Assembly: GCA_963818475.1 (NCBI GenBank) | Contig: CAWFSF010000006.1 | Location: forward strand, 2,048,001 to 2,112,000 | Direction of reading: 5' to 3' | Source of the DNA: Nitrospirota bacterium | GTDB lineage: Bacteria > Nitrospirota > UBA9217 | Length of the DNA: 64,000 nt | Part shown: positions 1-11,355 of the stretch, in pieces | Layout of the letters: every line of letters begins with the position of its first letter | How positions within the stretch are numbered: position 1 is the first letter of the stretch | Notes under the pieces: generated by a model | What the model saw: only the letters and a program-made list of their open reading frames with translations | Told to the model about the DNA's origin: nothing | Database searches by the model: none | Program-made: the position numbers and the translations under genes

Positions 1-41
1 GCATATGCTCTGTCCCCTTTTTTAATGAATGGTGGTTCCGG

Positions 42-227
42 TTAGATCTCGGTGACCGTAATGGCCTGCGGCGGGCAATTCTCCACGCAGGTCAGGCAGT
101 TGATACATTCGGACATATTCACCGGCTCGGACTTGTCGCCCTCCAGCTTGAATACGGACTGCGGGCAAACGTTGACGCAGGTGCCGCAGCCATCGCACTT
201 GTTCTTGTCCACTGTTACCATGTACAT
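42..227 (-). CDS. fdx: 2x[4Fe-4S] ferredoxin (61 aa)
   Basis: MYMVTVDKNKCDGCGTCVNVCP...CINCLTCVENCP has two CxxCxxCxxxCP motifs. RBS AGGAGG lies before the ATG at 227; the ORF-track start at 338 is an overextension. Confidence 0.9.
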   Translation of the reverse strand: MYMVTVDKNKCDGCGTCVNVCPQSVFKLEGDKSEPVNMSECINCLTCVENCPPQAITVTEI

Positions 228-324
228 GGGCCTTGTTCCTCCTTCAGTAAAAGTATGATGCCAACAGGGGGACATAATACCTGCCTGGCTGACTAAAATC
301 AATAGATAAATGCTCGCAAAGATC

Positions 325-357
325 AAAAAAAGGCTCATCCCGGTCCGGGATGAGCCC
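325..357 (-). terminator. Intrinsic terminator after dsrP
   Basis: Minus strand GGGCTCATCCCGGACCGGGATGAGCC hairpin followed by T7. Confidence 0.75.
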
Positions 358-383
358 TGCTGTTTTCATCTGCATGATTCCTA

Positions 384-1564
384 TTAATGTTCTATTTCTA
401 CGCCTGCAGTCTCTTCCCTGACCGTAATGGCGATCTTGTAGAGCAGGGACAGGACCAGGAATCCGATGGCCCAGATTCCCATAGTGATCATGGCCTCCGG
501 CAGCGTCGGCCAGTAGGTGTGCACTTCCTCAAAGGGATTCGGCACGAAACCGCCGATGATCAGTCCGAAACCCTTGTCGATCCAGAGCGAGATGAAGAGC
601 ATGACACAGGCCAGGGCCAGCAGTACCTTCATTCTTCCGTATCGCCGGGACCCAGAGCATGGACAGAGAGACAAGCGCAAAGACCGTTGAGGTCCACATG
701 AGCGGAACGAGTTCAGTATGGCCTTCAAGCCCCGTATACAGATACACGAAGGAATGCGCATGGCCCGGGAATGCCGCTGTAGAACGCCGTAAAGAACTCC
801 AGTCCCAGGAAAAATACATTCGCGAACATGGCATAGGCCACGATCTTGCCGACTGCCTGGATGGCTTCCTTGCCCGCATCGAACTTGCTGATCTTGCGAA
901 CGATCAGGGCGAGGATGATCAGCAAGCGCCGGACCGCCGGCAAATGCCGAGGCCAGGAACCGCGCTGCCATGATGGCGCTGAGCCAGAAGTGACGTCCCG
1001 GGATACCGGCATACAGAAATGCCGTGACCGTGTGAATGCTGATCGCCCAGGGAATCGAGAGATAGATGAAGGGCTTGATCCACTTCGGCGGGGCAATGCC
1101 CTTCCGGTCCGAACCAAGGGTCACCCAGCCGACCAGAAGATTGATGAACAGGTAGCCGTTCAGCACCACCGTGTCCCAGAACACCATCGCGAGTCGGCGT
1201 GGGATGCAGGAATATGTTCATGATCCTCATGGGCTGGCCCATGTCCGCCATGATGAACAGAATGCACATGATGACCGCCGAAATCGCGAGAAACTCGCCG
1301 AGGATCACGATCTTGCCGAACGTTCTTGTAATCGTGCAGGTAGTGCGGAATGACCAGCATCACGGCCGAGGCCGCAACACCGACCAGGAACGTGAACTGG
1401 CCGATGTACAGGCCCCACGATACATCCCGGTGAAGGCCGGTGAGTCCCAGACCCGTAGGTAAACTGCTGGTAAGTAATAGTACACCCCGCACCAGTGACA
1501 GGGCACCGAGAAACATGAGCCATGCCCAGTATTTTTTACTTCCTACTAGTGCTTTCTCAAGCAT
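384..1564 (-). CDS. dsrP: DsrP, NrfD/PsrC-family membrane subunit (frameshifted in assembly)
   Basis: Joined ORFs 1160-1564, 919-1308, 384-1187 and others contain [43 protein letters not shown] and [17 protein letters not shown]. Located last in dsrMKJOP. Confidence 0.9.
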
Positions 1565-1576
1565 GCTCGCTCCCTC

Positions 1577-2404
1577 CTATCGAGATAGTAAATGGCCGGG
1601 CCGGTGCCCAGGTCGGGTTTGCGCCGGATCGTGTAGCTGGTTCGTCACGATCTTCCTGACCTCGGAGTTCTGGTCTTCCATGTCTCCGAAGAGCAGGCCG
1701 CCCTTGGGCGCCGCCTCAACGCAGGCTGGAAGTTTCCCCACCGCAAGCCGCTCGGTACAGAACGTGCATTTTTCCACCACGCCTTTTGTCCGCGTCGGGT
1801 ATTCCTTGTTCACATTCTTGATGAACGGCTCCCCGTTCGGATTTTTGCCGCGGGGATCTCTCCAGTTGAAGCTCCGCGCCCCATAGGGACATGCGGCCAT
1901 GCAGAACCGGCATCCGATGCAGCGATGCATCATCCTGCATCGTGATCCCGTCGGGCAGCTTGAACGTTGCCTTGGTCGGACAGACCCGGACACAGGGCGG
2001 GTTGTCGCAGTGGTTGCATAGTACGAAGAACGGCATCTCCTTGATGTGCTCGCTCATGTACTTGATTGTCCTGACCCGGGAAGGCGCGCTCGTACGCCGC
2101 CTTCCAGATCCACTTGATCTCGTCCTTCCTGTTGACGGACCCGTCAGGTTCCGGAAATCGGGTACATTGTGAGTCTGATGGCAGGCCGAAATGACCTTCT
2201 TAACGTCTTCGTCGGTCGTGAACTTGCTCATGTCCACGACCATGGCCCAGCGCTTCGCAGTCAGGGCCTCCTTGTTCGGTCCACCTCTGACGGATCCAGG
2301 CCCGGCGACCAGACGTTGTGCGTGGCTGATGCCACCGATGCTCCGAAGCCCAGGATGGAGGAAATGCCGGCAATTTTCAGGAATTGTCTTCTATCCATGC
2401 TCAT
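1577..2404 (-). CDS. dsrO: DsrO, Tat-exported Fe-S protein (frameshifted)
   Basis: Tat signal [13 protein letters not shown]; motifs [30 protein letters not shown] and VVEKCTFC. Confidence 0.9.
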
Positions 2405-2407
2405 GAT

Positions 2408-2832
2408 TTAACCTCCTCCTTCTCCTCGGCTGGATATGGCAGTCCCAGCAATACGGCTTGACCGACATATAGTTGTGGCATTCGTCGCAGAACTTCTTCT
2501 TGTTGGAATGGCACGTCATGCATCCGTTCTGAAGGCTCATGTTGAATCGTTTATGGCTCGCATTGCTCGATATATCCGCGATTGTCGTCGCGGACCACCG
2601 AATCCCGCCAGTTGTTCAGAAGCTGCATGTGCTCGGTCCGCATGAACTCCTTGGACTCCACGCACTCCTTCTTGCCGTTCAGTTTGCGACCCATTCCTGG
2701 ATCGCCGGAGTGTCCGTCTTCGGCTCAGGCTTCGCATTCACCTTCCCGATGTTGAAATAGAACGGGAAAGCCGCAAATGCCACGAAAGACGACGAGCCCG
2801 ATGAATATTTTTCCGCCGTCATAGAGTTTCAT
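2408..2832 (-). CDS. dsrJ: DsrJ, triheme cytochrome c (frameshifted)
   Basis: Manual translation gives MKLYDGGKIFIG..., MRTEHMQLLNNWRDSVVR and three CxxCH motifs (CMTCH, CDECH, CWDCH). Confidence 0.85.
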
Positions 2833-4457
2833 TAGGCTTTTTCCTCCTTCACTTGGACTGACGGAAGCGGTTCGCCGCGCAGATCGGTCGTTCTTTCCTT
2901 CTCGCCCGTCATGATCAGGGCGTTTGCCACGAGTTCATGGAGACCGCAGACACCCACACCGGGCACCCAGTATTCCATCAGGGCCTTGAGCGTTGCGCGG
3001 TCAATGGCGCAGACGTTGCCGAGCATATTCACGCCGTGGTGCTCGTGCACGAACTTGACCGCGTTCGCCCGGGGGAATCCGCCCTTCATCCGGAGATCCA
3101 TGTCTTCCGAGGCGTTCAGGCCGGTGCCGCTGCCGCAGCAGAAGGTCTTTTCGCGGATGGTGTCCTCGGGCATCTCGATGAAAGTTATTGCACCACGCTC
3201 TTGAGCACGTAGCGGGGCTCCTCGAGCAGGCCCATGCCGCGGGCAGTGTTACAGGAGTCGTGCCAGGTGACGTTGCAGGTGATCGTTCCGCTTCGGATCG
3301 AGCTTCAGCTTGTTGTTCTTGATCAGGTCGGCCGTGAATTCCGCGACGTGGACCATCTTCATCGATTTCGCGTTCTCGAACACCGTGCCCGGTGATCGGG
3401 GATTTCGGGACTTCGAGGAAATCGGCCGGACCGTTCCAGGTGTCCATGTACTGGGAGAGCACCCGCCACATGTGGCCGCACTCTCCGCCGAGGATCCATT
3501 TCACGCCGAGACGCTTGGCCTCGGCGTAGATCTTGGAATTGAGCCGTTTGCCCATCTCGTTCGAGGTGAAGAACCCGAAGTTGCCGCCCTCTGAAGCATA
3601 GGTGCTCCAGGTATAGTCGAGCCCCAGCTCCTCGAACAGCATCATGTAGCCCATGGCCGTGTAGGTGCCCGGGATCGGCGAAGAGGTCGCCCGAGGGCGT
3701 CACGAACAGGATCTCGGCGCCCTTGCGGTTGAAGGTGGGTTTGATCCTTTTGCCGGTGATGGTCTCGATATCGTCCAGCATATATTCGAGGTTGCCGACG
3801 ATCGTGTGGGGCTCGAGACCCAGGTGGTTGCCCTTCATGTAGCAGTTCGAGACCGGCCCCGCGATCCACTCGATGTTCAGACCGAGCAGATTGAGAAGCT
3901 CGCGGCCGATGATCGTGATCTCCGCCTGGTCGATGCCGTAGGGGCAGAAGACCGAGCAGCGGCGGCACTCGGTGCACTGGTAGAAGTAGTACCACCACTC
4001 CTTCAGCACATCGAGCGTCAGTTCGCGGGCTCCCGCCATCTTGCCGAAGATCTTGCCGGCCAGGGTGTATTCTTTTCGGTAGACCGAACGGATGCAGCTC
4101 GGCCCTGAGCACCGGCATGTTCTTGGGGTCGCCGGTGCCGATGAAGAAATGGCACTTGTCCGCGCAGGCGCCGCAGCGCACGCAGATGTCCATGAACAGC
4201 CGGAAGGACCGGTACTTTTCGAGGCGCTCCGCGATCCCGTCGAGCAGGATCTGCTTCCAGTTCTCGGGCAGTTTCCAGTCCGCGTCCGCCGGCCGCCAGT
4301 CCCGGGGGTTCGGGAAGCCGACGATCTCAAGGCTTTTCGGCTTCGAGCCATGGCAGAACATGCCCTCTTTGAACACCACGGGCGTATCCATCCAGCCCGT
4401 CTTCGGCGGCGTGTAATCTATCTTTGACAGTTCTTCTGGTTTCGGAAGTTTCGCCAT
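2832..4457 (-). CDS. dsrK: DsrK, HdrD-like Fe-S/CCG subunit (frameshifted)
   Basis: Motifs CVRCGACADKCHFF, CTECRRCSVFCPYGID, GGECGHMWR, WHDSC and FCCGSG across ORFs 3642-4457, 3359-4351, 3001-3654 and 2832-3173. Confidence 0.93.
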
Positions 4458-4459
4458 GA

Positions 4460-5464
4460 TTACTCCTTTTCTACCGGCAGGCCGGCGTCTTTCATTTTGT
4501 CCCTGAAATCATTCTCGTACTCTTCATAGGTATGAACATGGACGGGATAGTTCCAGGGATTGATGTGCCTCTTCTAGCGGCTGTTGTTCGCCAGGTTGCG
4601 GGTCGGGCTCATGAAGACACCGGCCATGTGCACCAGCTTGCTGAAGGGGAAATAGGCGAACAGCGTGCAGATGAGGAACAGATGGATGTAGAAGATCGGG
4701 CCGATTGCCCGCCGCGGGGGTTATCGGGCTGAAGCTGACCAGCGCTCATGGCCAGCATCTTCACGCTCACGATGTCTGTTTTGTGAAAGTATCGCATCAG
4801 GACGCCGGTGATGCCGATGCCGAGGATCAGGAAGAGCGGGAAGTAATCGGCGATAAGGGATATGTAGCGGACCTGCGGTAGTGCCGATCCTTCTGATGAA
4901 TAGATAGGTCACGGCGGCCAGGAGGACCAGATCGGTCATATACAGGAGCGGTGTGCCGATCTGGAGAAAGCTGTCCAGCCCCTCAACGATCTGGACCGGG
5001 AACGGCAGCGTCTCGGTGAAGAACCGAAGATGCCTGATCAAGATGATCAAGAAGGAGTAGTGAAACGCCAAGCCCGCCAGCCCAGAGCCACTTTGCTTCG
5101 CCGTAGGCAAGTCTGGTTGTCTTCCTCCAGTTCTGCGTTTTCAGGTTCCGGAAAAGCGAACGGAAGAAAAAGACTTCGAGCGCCATCCTGCCGAGCACAC
5201 CAAGCATGGTGGAAGGGTTTTCCAGTTTGCTCTGCTTGATCCAGGGAAGCGATTTCTGCTGTCCGCAGGTCGTCGGGATGCGGAACGGCACCGGAGAACT
5301 TCCCCATTTCAGAATACGGACGATCATGAAAATGATGAACGTGGCAACCGCTGCATAGGGAATGACCACTCCGAAGAGAAATGCATATTCTGCCATCGCC
5401 ACTCCCGCATAGGCAACCAGTACAAGCAGCAAGTACTGCGATGAAAGATAGTAATGACTTTCAT
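4460..5464 (-). CDS. dsrM: DsrM, NarI-like membrane cytochrome b (frameshifted)
   Basis: PVPFRIPTTCGQQKSLPW, FHYSFLIILIRHLRFF, YFPFSKLVHMAGVFMSPTRNLANN. Confidence 0.9.
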
Positions 5465-5519
5465 TTCGTTACCTCTTTTCGTTTAGGTTAACCGCGTTCG
5501 CCTGCAGAGAACGATAAAG

Positions 5520-6039
5520 CTACTCCTGAAACTCGGTGATAATTTTGGCCTGCTGGAGCAGCCTGAAGGTCGCTCGCCCGGCTTCTTTGGCCTTGATGTC
5601 GTAAATTCCTTCGCGACAGTGCATGTAGAGATCGAAGGCAAAAAGAGCAAGATCGTCGACGGCAGATTCCAAGTGCCACCAGTTCCTCGCAAAGCTTCCG
5701 GTCCTGCAGCATCTCGGTTCCCAGCGCAGCGCGCACGATATTCTTGAGCTGGAAGATGAACGCGACGCGCCTGCGCCGGAGTAAAATTCTGCACCGCGCG
5801 GATCCTGATCATGCTGTCAAGAAAAGACGAAACCGTATCCGGAAGCATGCCCTCCAGCAAGAGCATCGAACAGGGCCTCAACGCCTTCGGCATAGTGTAT
5901 AGCCCACCGGGTTGGCGAACTGGGCATCCTGCTTCCGGAGAGAACTGCGCGTGCCTTCCGGATAGGTCTCGACCAACGCCTCGAACCATTGTTTAACGAT
6001 CGCGGACTTCTTTTCCTGAAGAATATTCTTAAGGCTCAT
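5520..6039 (-). CDS. dsrT: DsrT (RsbRD_N-like) (frameshifted)
   Basis: MSLKNILQEKKSAIVKQWFEALVETYP...QFANPVG, IRIRAVQNFTPAQA, AFDLYMHCRE; immediately upstream of dsrM. Confidence 0.85.
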
Positions 6040-6075
6040 TGCATTCACCTTCCCGGCTGCAGGTCGGGTCCGTGA

Positions 6076-6490
6076 CTAGAAGAACAGCAGGTGCTTCACC
6101 GAATCCATTTCCTTCTGGATCTCTGCAAAGGAAACAAATTTCGTCTTCGAGGTCGGCGCCCATATCTTCGGCATTGGTGATCATCTGGTCTTCCTTCAGG
6201 CCGAGCCGCTCCATGTCTTCTTTGCAGACCCAGACAGGAAGATCGATCATCAGGCAGCTCTTGATATGGTTTTCCGTGCTGGTCACACCATAGACCTTCA
6301 TCGCCTGCTGGTCCTTTACTGCGTTCAGCACACCGTCACCCACAAAGACGATGGTCGGGACCACGGAGTCGCCGTCATCCATGTAGATCTCCGCGGTCTG
6401 GCTTGCAATGGCATGGGTGAGCGCAAGACGGGGATTCTCGCTCTTATACGGCGGCCTTTGCACAACGAACAATAAATTTACGGCACCCAT
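6076..6490 (-). CDS. dsrF: DsrF/DsrE-family sulfur relay protein (C-terminal frameshift)
   Basis: LLFVVQRPPY, VFVGDGV, VWVCKEDMERLGL; true end VKHLLFF-stop at 6076. Confidence 0.65.
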
Positions 6491-6850
6491 TTACTCACCT
6501 CCGATATGAAGCAGCCTGTCGGTCTTGACGGTCTTTGCCAGGTACCAGTCCATGCTGGCACGCTTCATGCCCTCGGGCACGTCTTCCTTGTGATAGCCGC
6601 GGGCCTCGGCACATGCCTCGCACACGGTGATCTCCATGCCCTTGCCCATCAGTTCCTTCATGAGCTTTTCATTATGCGAGTAATCTTTGAACGCCTTCTG
6701 TCCCTTTTTGGCCATCATCACGGCATTACCGGAAAGCCACATATTCACCTTGTGGCCCTTGGCAATTCCGGCCTCGGCAAGCTTGAATGCAAAATCAAGC
6801 GACATCGAGCCGACCAGGGACGGGAACACTCCCAATGTTAATTCTCCCAT
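6491..6850 (-). CDS. dsrE: DsrE/TusD-family sulfurtransferase
   Basis: GHKVNMWLSGNAV and VCEACAEARG carry the DsrE-type active-site Cys. Confidence 0.75.
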   Translation of the reverse strand: MGELTLGVFPSLVGSMSLDFAFKLAEAGIAKGHKVNMWLSGNAVMMAKKGQKAFKDYSHNEKLMKELMGKGMEITVCEACAEARGYHKEDVPEGMKRASMDWYLAKTVKTDRLLHIGGE

Positions 6851-6945
6851 GCTATCCTCCTTAACGTTCTATGATCGGACGAGCGACAGCAAGAATGCTT
6901 TGCATGCCTGCGATCAACGCAATCGTCCTTCATGAATTTAGAGTC

Positions 6946-7247
6946 CTACAACCAGGCAGTCTTCTCATAGTCGTTCATAATGAGATCGACGATATCGCCG
7001 TAGCTGATGACCTTCACCTTGGAGTTCACCTGTCGCCGCTGTAAAACCTCTGGTGGTCAGATCGTCCGCCAAAACGTAAAAGCTTGCGCCAGCCTTGGAC
7101 AGCACCGGCGAATCCTTGCCGTTCTTCTTTGACCACTGCATGATAGATGCCATTGCCCACGAGGATCACGCCCATTTTGTCGGCCTTCATTCTCTCGAAG
7201 GTGTCTTCGGTCCTTCTCCAGTCGCTTAAAAATACTGCTAGTTTCAT
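6946..7247 (-). CDS. dsrH: DsrH/TusB-family protein (frameshifted)
   Basis: Joined translation GVILVGNGIYHA...FYVLADDLTTRGF...VKVISYGDIVDLIMNDYEKTAWL is a typical DsrH/TusB pattern. Confidence 0.75.
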
Positions 7248-7278
7248 CGTTTCACCTCCCTGAGAGCACTGTTTTAAT

Positions 7279-7314
7279 AAAAAAACAGGGGATTAGTTAT
7301 TCAACTATCCCCTT
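7279..7314 (-). terminator. Intrinsic terminator between fdx and dsrH
   Basis: Minus strand AGGGGATAGTTGAATAACTAATCCCCT hairpin followed by a T run. Confidence 0.6.
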
Positions 7315-7342
7315 TGTTCGTGATGCATGTTCTCTACCGTCA

Positions 7343-7526
7343 TTATAGTCTCTTGACCGTGATGGCCTGCTGCGGACAGTTCTCAACGCAGGTCAGGCAG
7401 TTGATGCACTCGGACATGTTCACCGGGTCCGCCTTGCCGCCTTCGACCTTGAACACCGACTGGGGACATACATTGGCGCAGGTGCCGTCACCATCGCACT
7501 TGCCTTATCAATTGTTACCATATCAT
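7343..7526 (-). CDS. fdx: Ferredoxin paralog with CxxDxxC first cluster motif (frameshifted)
   Basis: Manual translation MVTID.GKCDGDGTCANVCPQSVFKVEGGKADPVNMSECINCLTCVENCPQQAITV; RBS GAGGAGG. Confidence 0.85.
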
Positions 7527-7634
7527 GGTGATCTGTTCCTCCTCATCAGGATTAGCCTCATCAACCGCCTGCATTCTTCCGACATCTCCCGCACAACGCC
7601 TGCTCTGCCGACAGCCATACTCCCATCAGCAGGA

Positions 7635-7679
7635 AGAGCGCGATATGCTGAGGGAACTCCCTCAGCATACCACCGCTCT
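7635..7679. other. Stem-loop downstream of dsrC
   Basis: Perfect inverted repeat ATGCTGAGGG-AACT-CCCTCAGCAT (7645-7668) flanked by AGAGCG/CGCTCT; no T tract. Confidence 0.55.
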
Positions 7680-7718
7680 GGTATCTGACAGATCAGGGGA
7701 ACGCCGCAACGAAAGGAA

Positions 7719-8054
7719 CTATACGCAGCCGGTCGGCTTCGGAAGGCCGGCGATCTTGCAGGCCTGCTTTGCCGGTCCGCCCGGATAGAGCTCATAGAGG
7801 TACTTGGTGTTGCCCTTCTCGGGCCCAAGCTTCTTGCCGATCTCTTTCACGAGGATCTTGATCATCGGCGCGATCTGATACTGCTTGTAGTAGTCGCGCA
7901 GGAAGTTCACCACTTCCCAGTGCTGCTCGCTCATATCGATGCCTTCGACCTGTGCGAAATAGTTCGCTACATCCATGTTCCAGTCGTCCAGATTCGCCAA
8001 AAATCCGTCTTCATCCACTTCGATCGTCTTGCCCTTTACGTCTATCGTTGCCAT
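7719..8054 (-). CDS. dsrC: DsrC, sulfite reductase co-substrate
   Basis: DEDGFL, HWEVVNFLRDYY; C-terminal CKIAGLPKPTGCV has both conserved Cys. Confidence 0.97.
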   Translation of the reverse strand: MATIDVKGKTIEVDEDGFLANLDDWNMDVANYFAQVEGIDMSEQHWEVVNFLRDYYKQYQIAPMIKILVKEIGKKLGPEKGNTKYLYELYPGGPAKQACKIAGLPKPTGCV

Positions 8055-8149
8055 TGTTCATTCCCCTTTCGTTAATGTAATCGGGCGCCACGCGCCACTC
8101 GGTTGTTGATATGTTCTGTGTAGATACGCTGTCCGATTGATCCGGCCAG

Positions 8150-8514
8150 TTACTTTTTTATCACCTTGAGGATATACAGCCTGCCATGCCCGATCCATCA
8201 CGCTCTTGGGGACTCCGGAAGACCGATGGGTCCCCAGATCATAACTCAGGATCTCGTCTTCGTAATCTTCGCCCGGATACCAGCGTCTGTCAGGTCTCGG
8301 CCCAGTTCCTCCGCCGCCAGCTGCAAGGCTCTGCATCATCACTTCTCCAACATTCTTGCTCGTGGGATCCACAATGATAAAGAGCATTGCAACCGTTACA
8401 GCGGCCGCTGAGCACAGTCTCTGTCGCGCTTAAACGCTTTTCTGTTGGCCGCGGCAGTGCTCCTTTGCAAAACGGGCACGTTGGTTCAATGCTTTCCCGT
8501 CTTCCCGTTCTCAA
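8150..8514 (-). CDS. Uncharacterised Zn-ribbon-like protein (frameshifted)
   Basis: Joined translation EPTCPFCKGALPRP...GRCNGCNALYIVDPTSKNVGEVMMQ...DYEDEILSYDLGTHRS...GRLYILKVIKK has CxxC...CxxC; RBS AGGCAGG. Confidence 0.7.
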
Positions 8515-8529
8515 AATATGACCTGCCTT

Positions 8530-9938
8530 CTATGCGGGCTGCTTATGCTTACGGTATTCCAACGCCTTTCTGACCATGGCCTTCGCCCACTGGGGTGTAC
8601 CGAGTGCATGAAGATGGGTATACGCCGCCAGCACATTTTTATAGACCAGGCCGTCACCCGTTCCGTTGATGCCGCCGCCTCGCGTTACATGATATGCCAT
8701 TGGCGACAGGCTGGTCAAGATTCACGATCCTCGAATAGTGAAATTCGTGGCCTCTTATGATCACGCCCTTGTCAAGGAAACGTGTTCTCGGCAACCGTTT
8801 CGAGTACCGTATAGCCATGCGCCTGCGGTTTTTTTTCAAGAACAAAATCAGCCGGCAGCACCGCGGTCATGGGATAGATCTCGTTTCGCCGACCGTGAGG
8901 CTCCTGCCAAGATAGATCAGGCCACCGCACTCTGCATAGATGGGCAATCCCTTCTCAGCCGCAGCCTTTACCGACCGGCAGAAACTTTCGTTCGCTGCCA
9001 GCTCTGCGGCCTGCGTCTCGGGAAATCCGCCGCCAATATAGAGGGCGTCGAGATCGGGAAGTGACCGCATCGGTCAATGCGTTGATCCGAACTGAATCCG
9101 GGCACCTTGCTGCTCGAGCGCTTCCAGATTATCAGGGTAGTAGAACTGAAAAGCAGAATCCCGAATGACCCCGATGACCGGCTGATCAGTCTTCCGGTCG
9201 CTTCCGGCAGGGTGAAACTTCTGCCGGAGCATCGATCGCCTGTGATGCTGCTTGCAATATCCCAAAGCGTGCCCAGGTCCAGATATCGCTCGGCAACTGC
9301 CGCTGATGCCTGTATGGCCTGCTCCACGTCGGGATGCTCTTGAAAGGGCGTGAGCCCCATATGCCGCTCGGGGAATTCGCCCTTCCGCTGCCGGGGCACA
9401 GCACCGACAACCGGAATACCGCTGCTCTGTTCAATGGCCTTCCGGATCACCGTTTCATGCCTGCCCGGTGAAACATTGTTTAGAATCACGCCCCCGATCT
9501 CAACCTCGGGATCATAGTCTCGGCAGCCGAGAACCACTGCAGCGACCGTACTCGATGCCTTCGTGCAATCAACGATCAACACAACCGGCGTTCGCAAGCA
9601 ATGTGGAGAGACGTGCCGTACTGTACGTTCCAGACTCATCGACACCGTCGATAGAGACCACGATTGCCTTCGATAACTGCTGCGTCGCACCCGGCGGCAT
9701 GACCGACGAAAGACCGAACGAGCGGTTCACGATCCATCATAAAAAGGTCGAGATTGTAGCACGGCCTTCCTGCTGCAGCTCCGAGCCACCCGGCATCGAT
9801 GAAATCCGGGCCTTTTTTAAATACCGCAATGCTTCTGCCCAGCTTCCGCCAGGCAGCAACAATGCCGAGCGTCAGAAGGTCGTTTTACCCGACCCTCCGC
9901 GCGTGGCTGAAATTACCAGCCTCGGCATCAATCGGCAT
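8530..9938 (-). CDS. dsrN: DsrN, siroheme a-amidase (cobyrinate a,c-diamide synthase family; frameshifted)
   Basis: [66 protein letters not shown]; follows dsrD. Confidence 0.9.
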
Positions 9939-10175
9939 TACGATTGCGGATTAGCCGAACCTTCCGTGTGCGGGATCTCAACGGCTGTTCCGCCAAAATA
10001 CGAATACACCAGCTTGCCGCCGTCGATCAGCACGCGAAGCGCCGCTTTGATCTTCAGCCTGGGTCGCACCTTCCGCCTCCATGGCATTGCTGATGTCCTT
10101 GGGCTTCAGCTTCTTTTTTCCCTGACTTTTTTCTACCAGGGCGTATACTTTTTTTTGCAGTTCTTCAGCGTCCAT
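9938..10175 (-). CDS. dsrD: DsrD, dissimilatory sulfite reductase activator (frameshifted)
   Basis: MDAEELQKKVYALVEKSQGKKKLKPKD...IKAALRVLIDGGKLVYSYFGG is a small winged-helix type protein directly after dsrB. Confidence 0.8.
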
Positions 10176-10213
10176 ATGCTCACCCCTCCGAATTAGTTTG
10201 TTCACGTCATCAT

Positions 10214-10243
10214 AAAACCGGCCCCGGTCCGCGACCGGGGCCG
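10214..10243 (-). terminator. GC-rich hairpin with short T tract between dsrB and dsrD
   Basis: Minus strand CGGCCCCGGTCGCGGACCGGGGCCGG followed by TTTT. Confidence 0.5.
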
Positions 10244-10260
10244 TGCATGACATTATACGA

Positions 10261-11335
10261 CTATTCCCACTTGAAGGTCGGGGTCATTCTGAACGTCTCA
10301 CGTGCAAAGGTGAAATCGTCGATATGCTGATAGGTGAACGGTATACCGGTCATCTTGAAGAAGCGCTCCCAGCCGATCCGCTCGATCCACTCGTCCAAAG
10401 CGCTCATGCTTCTTGGCATCCTTGGCGTAGACCTCTACCAGGTGCTTCACGGCCTTGACGACTTCCGGCCAGCGCGGCGGATTGTTCGGAAGGAACGGGA
10501 TGGCCAGCCGCGACATGCGTGCCGGACCGCGTGCGTTCGAAACCTTGCCGCCCACATAGATGGAGATACCGTCGCCAGTGCGCATCGGCGAGCGGGAGGG
10601 ACGGGCACATGGTGTAGCAGTTGCCGCAGTACATGCAGCGCTCTTCCTTGATCTTCACGGACTTCGCCGCCGGATTCGGGCGATAGCGCCGGTCGGGCAG
10701 GAAGCGATGGTCGTGGGGATCTCGCACTGGTTCGCGATGGTCGCCTCGTTCACCTTCGGCGGCTTGCGGTGAATACCGAGGATGGCGATGTCGGAGCAGT
10801 GCACCGCACCGCACATGTTGAGGCAGCAGGCAAGCGCGATGCGGACGCGTGCCGGCAGGGTCTTGGTGGTGAAGTATTCATGCAGCTCATCCATGACGGC
10901 CTTCACAACACCCGAGGCGTCCGTTGCCGGTGTGTGGCAGTGGATCCAGCCCTGGGTATGCACTACGTTGCTGATACCGTAGCCGATGCCGCCGACCAGA
11001 TGACCACGCTTCTTGAGCTCGGCCTGGAGCGGATCGACCTGTGCTTTGTCCGGGAAGAACTCGATGTTGTTCCGCGTCGTGAAACGAAGATGGCCGCCGG
11101 AGAACTTGTCGGCAAGTTCGCATATCTCGCGGATAAAATCAGAGCTCACGAGACGGGGCGATGCCATGCGCACGGTATACAGCTCGTCGCCGGTCTCGGA
11201 AACGTGCTTCATGGTGCCGTGGTTGATCTGTTCGTGATACTTCCATTTCCCGTAGTTCTTCGCGATCACGGGCGGCAGGAATTTGCTAAAGTGAGGAGCT
11301 CCAATATCTGTTATTCTCTTAGGTTTATCAGCCAT
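10261..11335 (-). CDS. dsrB: Dissimilatory sulfite reductase beta subunit (frameshifted)
   Basis: [73 protein letters not shown]. Confidence 0.97.
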
Positions 11336-11355
11336 TTTAAGTTATCCTCCTTGAG

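Noticed and set aside
8530-9938. cbiA/cobB cobalamin biosynthesis gene
   Set aside because: Position directly after dsrABD with no other cob genes indicates dsrN.
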